A stretch of DNA of 64,000 nt from IMG/VR virus record IMGVR_UViG_3300020451_002055. One strand, given 5' to 3'. The notes beneath the pieces are model-generated. The model saw only the letters and a program-made list of their open reading frames with translations, ran no database searches and was not told the origin of the DNA. Each line of letters opens with the position of its first letter. Position 1 is the stretch's first letter. The translations under genes were made by a program, and so were the position numbers. Positions 47,038-56,346 of the stretch are shown here, one piece after another. This stretch comes from a virus (Duplodnaviria; Heunggongvirae; Uroviricota; Caudoviricetes).

Positions 47038-47383
47038 CGTAAGAGGCAGAGATGGGAGACCCTACTCTCTCGCTCAGATCAGCCCAGTTCTCTGTCACGA
47101 ATACCCCTTGATCGGCAAGAAACTCATCGATCGTCTCATATGTAGTTGAGTTGAGTATGTAGGCGTTCAGTCTACGAGCAGCAGGTAGCAACGAGTTCGT
47201 AGCGCCAATGCGATTAGCATCATACGTTGCTCTGAACGTGTCGAATAGTTCGATTTTGACATCCGGATCATCAATGAGGATGACGTTCAACAATCCGTCG
47301 TAGAGTCCTGCGACCATGGAATCGATGTTCGCGGCTGCGTTGCCGTAGATCGTTGAAAGTTCCGCATAGACGGATGCCTGCAC
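47030..47383 (-). CDS. ORF possibly representing the frameshifted C-terminus of the upstream structural gene
   Basis: Protein-like translation. It starts where the upstream frame becomes non-protein-like, and its frame stays open for about 10 codons upstream of the GTG. Confidence 0.35.
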   Translation of the reverse strand: MQASVYAELSTIYGNAAANIDSMVAGLYDGLLNVILIDDPDVKIELFDTFRATYDANRIGATNSLLPAARRLNAYILNSTTYETIDEFLADQGVFVTENWADLSERVGSPISASYVT

Positions 47384-49263
47384 GGAAAAGGGTTCGCCAT
47401 TGGCTGATCTCCTTCAGAGACTTCGGCATACAAGCCCTGGGCGTCTCCTTCAAATGCCCATGTATTCAGCCTTTCTACTGCCGCTGACGCAGATGTTCCC
47501 CAAATATAGACGCCTTGGAACTGGCTAAGGCCGTCCCCAACCCGAAGAGCAAGCTCCATCTGAGCATCAAAAACCTCTTGCGAGGAGTAGTTGCCAGCGG
47601 AATCAACTCGGATAGCAATCCAGAATGGTATATCTGCATATTCGGCCATATACCGAGTTATCCTTACTCGATTCTTGAAGCCGCCGAAAATAGAGTCTGT
47701 TAGAAGATGGTCAGTTCTTGATACCGCATCCGTGCCCGGATTCTCTGTAGGCTCAAGGTTGTAGTCCCAGTAGAACGGGCAAACCATGCCTCCATTCTGA
47801 GTAAAGACCGCAAGATCAGCCTTATCCTCAAGATCCTGCTTGCTGACCCAGTTGTTTTGAGGACGCTCCCAACTTGCTATCGCCTTATTGCCAAACCCTC
47901 GAAGAGGAAGCTCGATGCCTATTTCTTCTCGTTGAAAATAGGAGAAGAAACCAATGGGAGCTTCGATGTTTTCGGCTCCGCCGTCATGCGTAACGGTATG
48001 TTCAAGATCGATAACCGCAAGCGGCAAGTCTGCATCGCTTATATTGGCAACCCCATCCATGCCATTGCTATAGGTTATCGCTCTGCCAATATCCTTGAAG
48101 GCAACCCTTCTGTAGCCAAGCCTTAGTCCTGATGGATTGGCGGAACCCGTATCAGTAATGATTCTGTCATCCTCGGGTCCATTAGTCGGATTGATACCCA
48201 TCATTGGTATAAAGTCAGCGATACCCGGAGCCCCAACTTGCGACTGCTGAATCCAGTTGGCATTGATGAAGTTGGGATGTTCGTATTGAAGACCAGAAGG
48301 CAATCCTGCTCTATATGTCGGACCTCCTCCTCCTGACCCGATGTAGACCTTCGGTCCAACATCCGAGTAACGAGAAAGACCTCTGAAGCCGGTAACATCA
48401 GAGGTCAAATCCATTGCATCAAAGAGACGGAAAGGCCTGAAGCCATGAGAGGCTGCCTGCTGATAACTGATCGCTCTCGAATAGCCTAGATGAGAAAATA
48501 CCGCGGGCGAAGTAAACGCTGAACCGCTTGACTCATTCGAGTAAAGACGAGGCGTAGCAGATGTGGCTCCGCCAGTATGAGTCAGGTCTTGTTCGATCAA
48601 GGGCTCCCAAGAGACGAAGCCATCATTCGGGGCAACTCCGATCAAATGCTCTCCTAGGTTGTTGCCTGTTCTCGTTGTGGGATCGTAGTCGCCCGGATCG
48701 TAAGTGAAATCGCCGCCCTCTTCATAAACCCAAAGCCTTGCGAACGATCCATCTCTCTCAAATATGATGACGTAATCCTGACCAGGAGTAACTACCCCGG
48801 CAGAGGTAGAGGCCGAGTTCGAGTTGCTCGATCCATCTCCAAGCTCGACAGTAAGAGCATATGATGAGTCAATGGTAAGCCGGTAGTTTCTCTCAGTACC
48901 GGCAGTATTCCAGTCCTCAACAATAACTTGATCGGTAGATACCGTTGGAATGCGGCATGCTATGACATGAGTAAAATCCCCTGCGAACTGCAAAACGGTA
49001 GGGTCGCTAACTGCTAGGCCAGTTTCAGAAGATATGTTGAGTCCGTTGCCAAACGAGGCGCTTGTTGTTGGAACGGATGTTGTTGTTACTGAAAAACTAG
49101 CGCCTTCTGGTTCATAGTTATCGCCAGAGTTATACGCAGGCAATACAGCAAACTCCAGGTTTGTTGTAAAATCAAGCTCGTTGTTATTGATAGTCGTGAA
49201 CGATGGAACGGAAGGGATAGCCTTCCAGTTCATAGGGAACGTTTGAGCGGTAATAGTCGCCAT
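47287..49263 (-). CDS. structural protein with N-terminal LamG/concanavalin-like domain (putative fibre/receptor-binding or glycan-acting protein)
   Basis: 658 aa, Ser/Thr/Gly-rich and beta-rich. The last ~36 codons are low-quality, which suggests a frameshift near 47395. Confidence 0.55.
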   Translation of the reverse strand: MATITAQTFPMNWKAIPSVPSFTTINNNELDFTTNLEFAVLPAYNSGDNYEPEGASFSVTTTSVPTTSASFGNGLNISSETGLAVSDPTVLQFAGDFTHVIACRIPTVSTDQVIVEDWNTAGTERNYRLTIDSSYALTVELGDGSSNSNSASTSAGVVTPGQDYVIIFERDGSFARLWVYEEGGDFTYDPGDYDPTTRTGNNLGEHLIGVAPNDGFVSWEPLIEQDLTHTGGATSATPRLYSNESSGSAFTSPAVFSHLGYSRAISYQQAASHGFRPFRLFDAMDLTSDVTGFRGLSRYSDVGPKVYIGSGGGGPTYRAGLPSGLQYEHPNFINANWIQQSQVGAPGIADFIPMMGINPTNGPEDDRIITDTGSANPSGLRLGYRRVAFKDIGRAITYSNGMDGVANISDADLPLAVIDLEHTVTHDGGAENIEAPIGFFSYFQREEIGIELPLRGFGNKAIASWERPQNNWVSKQDLEDKADLAVFTQNGGMVCPFYWDYNLEPTENPGTDAVSRTDHLLTDSIFGGFKNRVRITRYMAEYADIPFWIAIRVDSAGNYSSQEVFDAQMELALRVGDGLSQFQGVYIWGTSASAAVERLNTWAFEGDAQGLYAEVSEGDQPMANPFPCRHPSMRNFQRSTATQPRTSIPWSQDSTTDC

Positions 49264-49304
49264 AGCAAGTCCTCCAAATGTTCCCTGACAGATCGGCTAA
49301 CGAT

Positions 49305-49715
49305 TTAGATGTCAACAGGAGGAAGAAGTACATGGCGGAACCAGAAGTCTCCAAGCCGTTGCATCTGATCTGAGAACTCATCGAAATTGCCGCTCTTCGT
49401 CAGATAAGCATTGGCTCCAAGTTCGTAAGAGAGCTTTATGTCTTCAGGATTTATCGATGTCGATATGACGATTACGGGAACCTTTTTGTACCTAGGATCC
49501 TGCTTGATACTGGTAAGAACTTGTCGTCCGTCAATCTTTGGCATGTTGAGATCCAAGAATATGATATCTGGAAGAGAGGCGGAAATAGAACTCATGGCCT
49601 CTTCTCCGTTCAATGCGCGACGATAACGGAACTCAATATCCTCAGGAAGGGTCTCTTGCATAAGTTCAACGTCGCCATCATCATCTTCTACTATCAACAG
49701 GTCAAATATCTTCAT
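49305..49715 (-). CDS. stand-alone response-regulator receiver domain protein
   Basis: LLIVEDDDGD, IIFLDLNMPKIDG and PVIVIST...K CheY-like signature; 136 aa. Confidence 0.8.
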   Translation of the reverse strand: MKIFDLLIVEDDDGDVELMQETLPEDIEFRYRRALNGEEAMSSISASLPDIIFLDLNMPKIDGRQVLTSIKQDPRYKKVPVIVISTSINPEDIKLSYELGANAYLTKSGNFDEFSDQMQRLGDFWFRHVLLPPVDI

Positions 49716-49723
49716 GCTTCTCT

Positions 49724-50155
49724 CTACATGGAGAGCAGTCGAGAAATCTTGGAGTTCAATCTCTCTACTTGCTCTCTGAACAAACTGATGGATTCGCCCG
49801 ACTTGACTACAGAGGACACATCCATATCGTCCTTTTCAATAAAGCCGTCTACTCGCAAGTTGATCAACTTACGCAAAGTGTCTTCCTTGGCCTGACCGGA
49901 CAGAATGAACACTTTGCTGTCGTTATCCTTTGCTCTGATAGATTTTGCGATTTCGACGCTCATTGACTTGCCGCCGAACATATCATCTACGAGATATATG
50001 TCATATGAGAAGTCGATTTTGGCTGAGTCAAACTTTTCAACGTGATCAATGACGAACTCAAGCTCGTGATTGGCTTCGTCAAGATACTCGGAGATCAGTT
50101 CAAGTACGTCAGCATCATCGTCGATGAGAAGTATTTTGATAGTGTTGTTAGCCAT
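49724..50155 (-). CDS. stand-alone response-regulator receiver domain protein
   Basis: ILLIDDDADV, DIYLVDDMFGG, VFILSGQ...K; 143 aa. Confidence 0.75.
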   Translation of the reverse strand: MANNTIKILLIDDDADVLELISEYLDEANHELEFVIDHVEKFDSAKIDFSYDIYLVDDMFGGKSMSVEIAKSIRAKDNDSKVFILSGQAKEDTLRKLINLRVDGFIEKDDMDVSSVVKSGESISLFREQVERLNSKISRLLSM

Positions 50156-51962
50156 AAATGGACTCCGTTGTAAACCAGAAGGTGGAACCTTCTTTTTCTT
50201 TAGACTCTGCTCCTATAACCCATCCATGACGTTCGCATACTCGGCTGCAAGTTGCAAGGCCTATGCCGTTGCCACCGTATCGCTCTCCGGTATGCAATCT
50301 TTTGAATGGTTCAAAGATTTGATCCTTGTATTGCGGGTCGAAGCCGATACCGTTATCTTTGACGAAGAGGGCTCCAATTCCTTCATGCTGACCATGCCAT
50401 ATCCGTATCTGAGGCTGCCTTGAATCATCCCTATACTTAATGGCATTGGAGACGATATTGAATACAAGGCTTCTTAGCAGAGGTTTGCAAGCCTTGATAG
50501 TGGGCAGCTTTTCTACTTTGATTCGGGCATCGGACTCCACTATGACTGTGGCGATGTCTTCAAGAGCATCGGCAACAATCTCGTTGAGATCAACTTCTTC
50601 TAGTTCTAGATTTGTAGTATTGACCCGAGAAAGAGCTAGAAGGTCGTCGATCTGCTGTTGCATCTTGCGAGCGCCTTTGATCATATGTCCCATGAAGCGC
50701 TTCTCTTTATCCGTTAGCTTATCGCCAAGGCTTTTCTCTAGCAGGTCTCCAAATGCGGTTATCTTGCGCAAAGGCTCTCGAAGGTCATGAGATGCGGCAT
50801 AGGCGAATCTGGCAAGTTCAGCATTCGCCTTTTCTAGACTGTTTCTCATGGATACTTGATTGCTTACATCCATGATGCATCCAACTATATGAACGACTTG
50901 TCCTTTGTCAATGATAGGCTGACCTATGCATCGAACCCATAGTCTTGAGTTTTTTGCGGTTACGAATGGAAGCTCAAGGTCGTATGGCTGACCTTTTTCG
51001 ATCGCATTCTCAAGAGCTTGAGATATTTGATGTCTAGCTTCTCCTGGGAAAAAGTTGAGAGCCCCTTGCTTATTGATCTGATAGTCATAAGGCACATCAT
51101 GTATGTCATAGACGGTATTCGACCATGTGATTTCATCATTCTCTACGACGTACTTCCATCCGCCAATTCTTGTAAGAGACTGAGTTTGATCTAGAAGCTC
51201 TTGACTATCTCTGAGTTTGATGCGAGCTTCATATTCACTAGTCATATCGATATTTATACCTATGAGTAGCTTCTTGTTTTCAAATTCAATGACTTTGCCT
51301 CTTGCATAGATATACTTGACTCCTGAGTTAGCTCGAATGCGGAACTCGGATTCAAATATACCTGTATCTTCTATAGCCTTCCTAACATCTTCCTCTGCCT
51401 TTTCTACATCAGAAGGATGAATAACTCTTTTCCAGTCGTCGTAAGAGTAGACTTCTTTTTCTTCTGCCTCATAGAGGCTGATCATATGCCTATCCCAGGT
51501 AAGATCATCAGCGCCGATTTCCCAAGACCATGTTCCAGTCTTAGTTGATTCAAATGCAATATCCTTGATCTTATGCAACTGAAAAAGCTCATTAGTAAGG
51601 TCTTCTATCTCTTTTCTGTCTTGAATCTGAGCAATGTATTTGAGGGTCTTTTGTCCATCATCAGATACAATGCGAGAAGCTGTCAAGATGATGGGTCTTT
51701 CGGTTCCATCTTCAGCTATGTATCTTTTTCTAAGATTGTATCTGTCTATCTCTCCGGCATTCAATTGCCTGAGAAAATTAAGATCGGCATCGAGGTCATC
51801 GGGATGAGTTATATCTTGGAATGTTCCATTGAGAAGGTTTTCTGCTGAATGACCAGATATCTCGCAGAATGCATCATTTACGCGCAGAAACTCTCCATCG
51901 AGTCCTACTATAGCTATGCCTATACCGGCATTAGAAAACGCGCTCTCAAAAAGTTTGCTCAT
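50148..51962 (-). CDS. soluble sensor histidine kinase with three PAS domains
   Basis: H-box AASHDLREPLRKI. HATPase_c N/G boxes VSNAIKY and DNGIGF ... GGNGIGLA. No TM segment. Confidence 0.85.
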   Translation of the reverse strand: MSKLFESAFSNAGIGIAIVGLDGEFLRVNDAFCEISGHSAENLLNGTFQDITHPDDLDADLNFLRQLNAGEIDRYNLRKRYIAEDGTERPIILTASRIVSDDGQKTLKYIAQIQDRKEIEDLTNELFQLHKIKDIAFESTKTGTWSWEIGADDLTWDRHMISLYEAEEKEVYSYDDWKRVIHPSDVEKAEEDVRKAIEDTGIFESEFRIRANSGVKYIYARGKVIEFENKKLLIGINIDMTSEYEARIKLRDSQELLDQTQSLTRIGGWKYVVENDEITWSNTVYDIHDVPYDYQINKQGALNFFPGEARHQISQALENAIEKGQPYDLELPFVTAKNSRLWVRCIGQPIIDKGQVVHIVGCIMDVSNQVSMRNSLEKANAELARFAYAASHDLREPLRKITAFGDLLEKSLGDKLTDKEKRFMGHMIKGARKMQQQIDDLLALSRVNTTNLELEEVDLNEIVADALEDIATVIVESDARIKVEKLPTIKACKPLLRSLVFNIVSNAIKYRDDSRQPQIRIWHGQHEGIGALFVKDNGIGFDPQYKDQIFEPFKRLHTGERYGGNGIGLATCSRVCERHGWVIGAESKEKEGSTFWFTTESIYG

Positions 51963-52468
51963 GGCTTCTGAGTATTACCTGTAACTGGCTGAGTGTTTGA
52001 AGGAGGAGTAGTGCCCGCCGGATTCTGCGGTTGAACGATACCGGCTGGCTGTTTCGTCTGCGTCCATCCAGCGACTCTGCTAAGAGTTATGAACGCTCCG
52101 GCGATCGTTGCCAAAGCGACAATCAGAGCAATGGCTCCTCTGAACCACATGCCCTTCTTACGGATATCTTTGAGAACCTCATCGATCTCTTTGGCTCTCT
52201 CTCGATGCTCTTTGATTTCATCAAACAGGTCTTCAAATTTATCGAGAAGCTTTTCATAGTCTTTGCGAGACTTGGATGTCTCATCTGACATGTGCTTCTT
52301 GATGTCATCCTTGAGGCCGTTCTTTAGTACAGTAAGAACTTCGGAGACTTCTCGCCGTTGCTCTTCTTGGAGAAACTTGACATGTGTTAGCTTCTCTGTG
52401 GCCTTGATGTTCTCATCAACGACCCGCTCTAAAAACTGGATGATTAGCTGGTTTTGTTCCATAGACAT
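51959..52468 (-). CDS. coiled-coil protein with C-terminal TM helix
   Basis: 169 aa. Confidence 0.45.
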   Translation of the reverse strand: MSMEQNQLIIQFLERVVDENIKATEKLTHVKFLQEEQRREVSEVLTVLKNGLKDDIKKHMSDETSKSRKDYEKLLDKFEDLFDEIKEHRERAKEIDEVLKDIRKKGMWFRGAIALIVALATIAGAFITLSRVAGWTQTKQPAGIVQPQNPAGTTPPSNTQPVTGNTQKP

Positions 52469-52552
52469 AAGGCATCCCCTCTCGGTATTATCACTTTCGT
52501 GAATCCGAGAGGGGATTCCTCCTGCAAGCCGGTAACAAAGGGCTCTAACAGT

Positions 52553-54163
52553 CTACTCGAAGTCCGGCAACATGAAAATGTTGCATTCCTTCGGTATATT
52601 CTGTCTGGCGTTGTCAGACAAGAACCAGTACCATTTGTCTGGAACGGCGGGCCGGATATCGGTCCCATAACCGTCCGTGATAACGAAGATAGCTTCCGGA
52701 TGGCGAGAGATTTCTCCCGTCCTCAACTGTTTCTGAACATGCTCTTCCAAGATGTGGAAGTGAGTACCTCCAAAGCCGTAAAGCTCGCCCTCTTCAAGAG
52801 AGGCCTTGTAAATCTTGGTATCGAAGCAATAAAGCTCGACATCAAACCGGTCCGTAGGCAGCGATCTTGCAGCGGCAAAGAATCGATCCCTAAAGCCGTA
52901 ACAGGAGCCAGAAGTATCCTGATAGAAGCGGACTTTGATTCGAGTCTCGGACTTGTCCTCAACTTCCTGCTCGGTCGGAAGCATCAAGGATGGGGCAATC
53001 TGCGAATAGCGACGAGCCCTACGGGTCCACTGCTCTTCGTCCTTATCCTTTTCCTTGTATTTGCGAGACCATTTCTTGATGACGGTCTCCCATTTGCGCT
53101 TCTTGGATACTCGATGATGCAGGTTGGCCTTGTAGACAATGCGACCAGCAACAGAACCAGCTTGTTTGCCGCCAGGGTTGCCGCCATCCTTGTCGCCTCC
53201 GCCTTCCTCCGCTTCCTTAGCCTTGCGTTCGGCCTCGTTCTCTTCGGCGGACTGAGCAGCATTGCCGTCCTCAGACTGATGCACTTTCTCGGCCAGGTCT
53301 CTCTTCTCGTCATCATCAAGCTGATCGTTGATAGCGTCGGAGATTTCTTCCTTCGCGCGATCATCCTCGAAGTCTTCAAGACGATTATGGTCGTCAAGGG
53401 TCTGACCGGTAACTTCCTGCCATCCATCGCTATCGCCGGAGCCATCTCCGTCGCCTTGCTGACCAGAGCCCTGTCCTTGGCCTCCCTGACCTTTCATGCC
53501 GCCCTTGCGGATCATCATTTTACCGCTTGGCATCATCTTCATGTTCTGCTCAAGCATGCGGTAGTAGTATTCGAAAGGCTTTTCCCTTTCGATGATGTTC
53601 TCAAGACCAGGATAGACAGTATCGATCCAGCAAAGGTCGATGGGTTCGCCAGCCTTTTCATGACCCTCGGGATACTGTCCAATGTCAATAGACTTGCGGT
53701 CAAAGCCAAACTTCGACACAAGCATATGGTTGACAACGACATCCAAGGCGCGGTTCGCTACCTCGGGAAGAGGACAGTCCCTTGTCCTCAATCCGTGGCT
53801 GAGCATGACATGAAGAACCTCATGGCAGATGATGAAACACTTCGTGTACCTGTCCGTTTTCTTCCAAAACAGAGGATTGAAAAGGAACTCAGTATTCCGT
53901 CCCTCGGAGTCAAACGCAACCGCCGCGGTAGGCAAGTCCCAGGTCAGTCGAGGGATGCCCATCTCCCAAAGCTGGCAGAAAACGCCATGATGCTTTTCAA
54001 GCTCTAGAGCGATAGAGTTGAACTCCGCTCTAATGTCTTGAGCTAGAAGTGCGTCTGCCTCTTCATCCGTCATTCCCTTTGGTCGAACGTTGAGAACGGT
54101 ATCCTGTACCGCCCCTCTATTCTTGGGGCCTTTGCTCTTCGGGATGTCTTTCGTTTCGCTCAT
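52553..54163 (-). CDS. VWA-domain protein with N-terminal HExxH metallopeptidase-like domain (DUF2201/CobT-like)
   Basis: HEVLHVMLSH in the N-terminal domain. Central Gly/Gln/Asp-rich linker. C-terminal MIDAS-like DTSGSC. Confidence 0.6.
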   Translation of the reverse strand: MSETKDIPKSKGPKNRGAVQDTVLNVRPKGMTDEEADALLAQDIRAEFNSIALELEKHHGVFCQLWEMGIPRLTWDLPTAAVAFDSEGRNTEFLFNPLFWKKTDRYTKCFIICHEVLHVMLSHGLRTRDCPLPEVANRALDVVVNHMLVSKFGFDRKSIDIGQYPEGHEKAGEPIDLCWIDTVYPGLENIIEREKPFEYYYRMLEQNMKMMPSGKMMIRKGGMKGQGGQGQGSGQQGDGDGSGDSDGWQEVTGQTLDDHNRLEDFEDDRAKEEISDAINDQLDDDEKRDLAEKVHQSEDGNAAQSAEENEAERKAKEAEEGGGDKDGGNPGGKQAGSVAGRIVYKANLHHRVSKKRKWETVIKKWSRKYKEKDKDEEQWTRRARRYSQIAPSLMLPTEQEVEDKSETRIKVRFYQDTSGSCYGFRDRFFAAARSLPTDRFDVELYCFDTKIYKASLEEGELYGFGGTHFHILEEHVQKQLRTGEISRHPEAIFVITDGYGTDIRPAVPDKWYWFLSDNARQNIPKECNIFMLPDFE

Positions 54164-55782
54164 TAGATCTCAATGCCTTCGAGTTCTTCATCCTTGGTTT
54201 CGATCCATTCAGCCTGAGGCTTAGGTTCGACGATCAACTCTCCGACATTGTTCGGAAGAGACTTGTTCTTCTTGCTAAAGAAGCTGAAGAAGAAATAGGG
54301 GCAGAGGTCGAACAACTCTTCAACAGTAAAATCAGGTCGCTCTTGCAAGATGCAATGAACAGCCGTGTTGAAGCAGATCGGGAACTGATCCATCTCGCTC
54401 AAAGTTTCGGCATGATGGACAGAAGCGATGAAGTTGCAGATACGGACAAGGGCAATAGCCTGATCCGCGCTCAACTGGTCAGTGGCAACTTCGGTCAAAG
54501 ACTCGTAGAGCTTGCCTCTCAACCAGTGATTTGTTGCCGACATGGTTTTGGTAGCCATGTCATGAATTGCCGCTTCAACATCGTTGCCATCGTATTCGAT
54601 GCTCGATATGGAGAAGTCATCCTTGAAGCGGAAGTTCTTCTTCATATGAGACTGCTCAGCCTTTGTGAAGTGCTTCGGCAAGCTCTTTGAGTTATCGATA
54701 ACGACGTTAGCAATACCGCCTTCCGAATCATCATTATCATCCATCTGGTCAAGAACCTTGGCAATGGCCTCGAACTCCTTCTTGAGCTTCTTGTGCTGAG
54801 CGCCCTTGGCCAGGTCTTTGATGACATTCGCATACTTGCGAGGATTGCGAACAATCTCTTCCTTGATCGCCTTGTTCTGAGTCATCAGGTTGGTAAGAAG
54901 CTCGTCGCCAAGCAACGGAAGAGCAAAGCTGCGAACCTCATCGTCCTCAACGATCAGGGTCTTGATGCCGTCGAGGTTGTTCATGTGACCAAGCCAGCGG
55001 CGAGCGGCGGCGGTGTCATCCTGTTTCATGAAACGACGGAAAGTCTCTTCAGGAGGGCCATGCTGAACTGCCTCAAGCAGCTTGGCAACCGGAGCCTTCG
55101 AGGGCAGGACATGGCGCATGTTACCGATATCATTGAAGACCTGCAAAGCATAGTCTAGACGACGAGGGGATATCATGCGCTGCATGGCTTCCGGCAACCC
55201 TTCCCACCAGTCAACCGCAGCCTTGCCGGTTTCCGTCCCGTAGCTGCGCTGGAAGTATGCGAGATCCGGCTTGTAAGGAATTTCAACCTGAATCTGAAAA
55301 CGGTCTTCCTGAGCCGGATCGAGAGGTTCAACGTCGAAGTCAAGATCGTCATCATCTTCGGGGTTGACGGCAGTCCAGATGAGTTTGAGGTTCGGGAACT
55401 CTCGACCGTTGATGGACTTGAACTGAATCAACTCCATGACGGCGTTACGAACCTTCTTCGGTGCCCGGTTGAACTCGTCGAAGAAGAAAGCCTCAACAGA
55501 GCCATCTGCCATATCCCTCGGCAGCACGAAATCAAGGAACGTCAGATCGCCCTCATTGCGTTCTTTGGGAACGCCAACGAAGTCGGTCCAAGGGTCCATG
55601 GTGGCTGCGGAAAAGTATCGCCATTTCAGGTTGTTACGCTCAAACGCTTCCTGAATGCGATGCGTCTTGCCAACTCCGTGGCGACCGACGAACATCGCGT
55701 TGTACCCCTTCTCGATCCAGAAATCGAGATCATGATCGGTAATCTTTCCAATAAAATACTCACGCTTTTCGTTCGGCGGCAT
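54163..55782 (-). CDS. MoxR/CobS-like AAA+ ATPase
   Basis: Walker A FVGRHGVGKT, Walker B FFFDEFNRA. Adjacent to the VWA partner. Confidence 0.75.
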   Translation of the reverse strand: MPPNEKREYFIGKITDHDLDFWIEKGYNAMFVGRHGVGKTHRIQEAFERNNLKWRYFSAATMDPWTDFVGVPKERNEGDLTFLDFVLPRDMADGSVEAFFFDEFNRAPKKVRNAVMELIQFKSINGREFPNLKLIWTAVNPEDDDDLDFDVEPLDPAQEDRFQIQVEIPYKPDLAYFQRSYGTETGKAAVDWWEGLPEAMQRMISPRRLDYALQVFNDIGNMRHVLPSKAPVAKLLEAVQHGPPEETFRRFMKQDDTAAARRWLGHMNNLDGIKTLIVEDDEVRSFALPLLGDELLTNLMTQNKAIKEEIVRNPRKYANVIKDLAKGAQHKKLKKEFEAIAKVLDQMDDNDDSEGGIANVVIDNSKSLPKHFTKAEQSHMKKNFRFKDDFSISSIEYDGNDVEAAIHDMATKTMSATNHWLRGKLYESLTEVATDQLSADQAIALVRICNFIASVHHAETLSEMDQFPICFNTAVHCILQERPDFTVEELFDLCPYFFFSFFSKKNKSLPNNVGELIVEPKPQAEWIETKDEELEGIEI

Positions 55783-55843
55783 TCGCTTACTCCATCAAGT
55801 AGTGCTTCGTCTTATGGTAACTGCTGCTTGCTTCACTCTTTGC

Positions 55844-56335
55844 CTACAGCAAGTTGTTGAACGTTCGGAAATGGTCTTCCTCGTCAGCGAGAAGATTTGT
55901 CACTAGGTCAGCGGTAACGGGATCTTTCTCTGCTGTCATATCGATGATCTCTTTATAGAGGGTCATGGCTTCACTCTCAGCGGCGACTACCGCTCCGATG
56001 GCATCTCGCAAGGTACTGCTATTGGTAAGCATTTCTTGACCTACGCTAATAGGCCCATCTCTGAAGTGCTTTGATGTCGGCACCTTAAAGCCCAACACCC
56101 GTATGCGGTTGGCTAGTTCTTGGGCGTGCCCGAACTCATCCTGTATTTCACCTCGTAGCAGTTCTTTTACCGGCTCAGCTTCAATACCTGTCAGGTTATT
56201 CAGCAGAGCGATGTAGTTCATCGCCGTTTCAAGCTCAGCGAAATAGGCCGCTTCAAGGTATTCAACCACTTTGTTCAAGAACTGCTGCTCTTCGGGATCA
56301 AGAAACTGATAGTTATCTCGCAAAATATGCGTCAT
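55844..56335 (-). CDS. ferritin-like di-iron protein (Dps/bacterioferritin/rubrerythrin superfamily)
   Basis: EDEFGHAQE and ADEEDHF (ExxH pairs) in a 163-aa helical protein. Confidence 0.6.
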   Translation of the reverse strand: MTHILRDNYQFLDPEEQQFLNKVVEYLEAAYFAELETAMNYIALLNNLTGIEAEPVKELLRGEIQDEFGHAQELANRIRVLGFKVPTSKHFRDGPISVGQEMLTNSSTLRDAIGAVVAAESEAMTLYKEIIDMTAEKDPVTADLVTNLLADEEDHFRTFNNLL

Positions 56336-56346
56336 TGTCGGGCTCC

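Noticed and set aside
49305-51962. Canonical Detocs (DtcABC) defence system
   Set aside because: The third component lacks any effector (PNP or TM) domain and the kinase has no receiver domain. It resembles Detocs but does not match it.
52454-54007. Plus-strand 517-aa ORF opposite the VWA/HExxH gene
   Set aside because: It is antisense to a gene with MIDAS and HExxH motifs, and no RBS was found.
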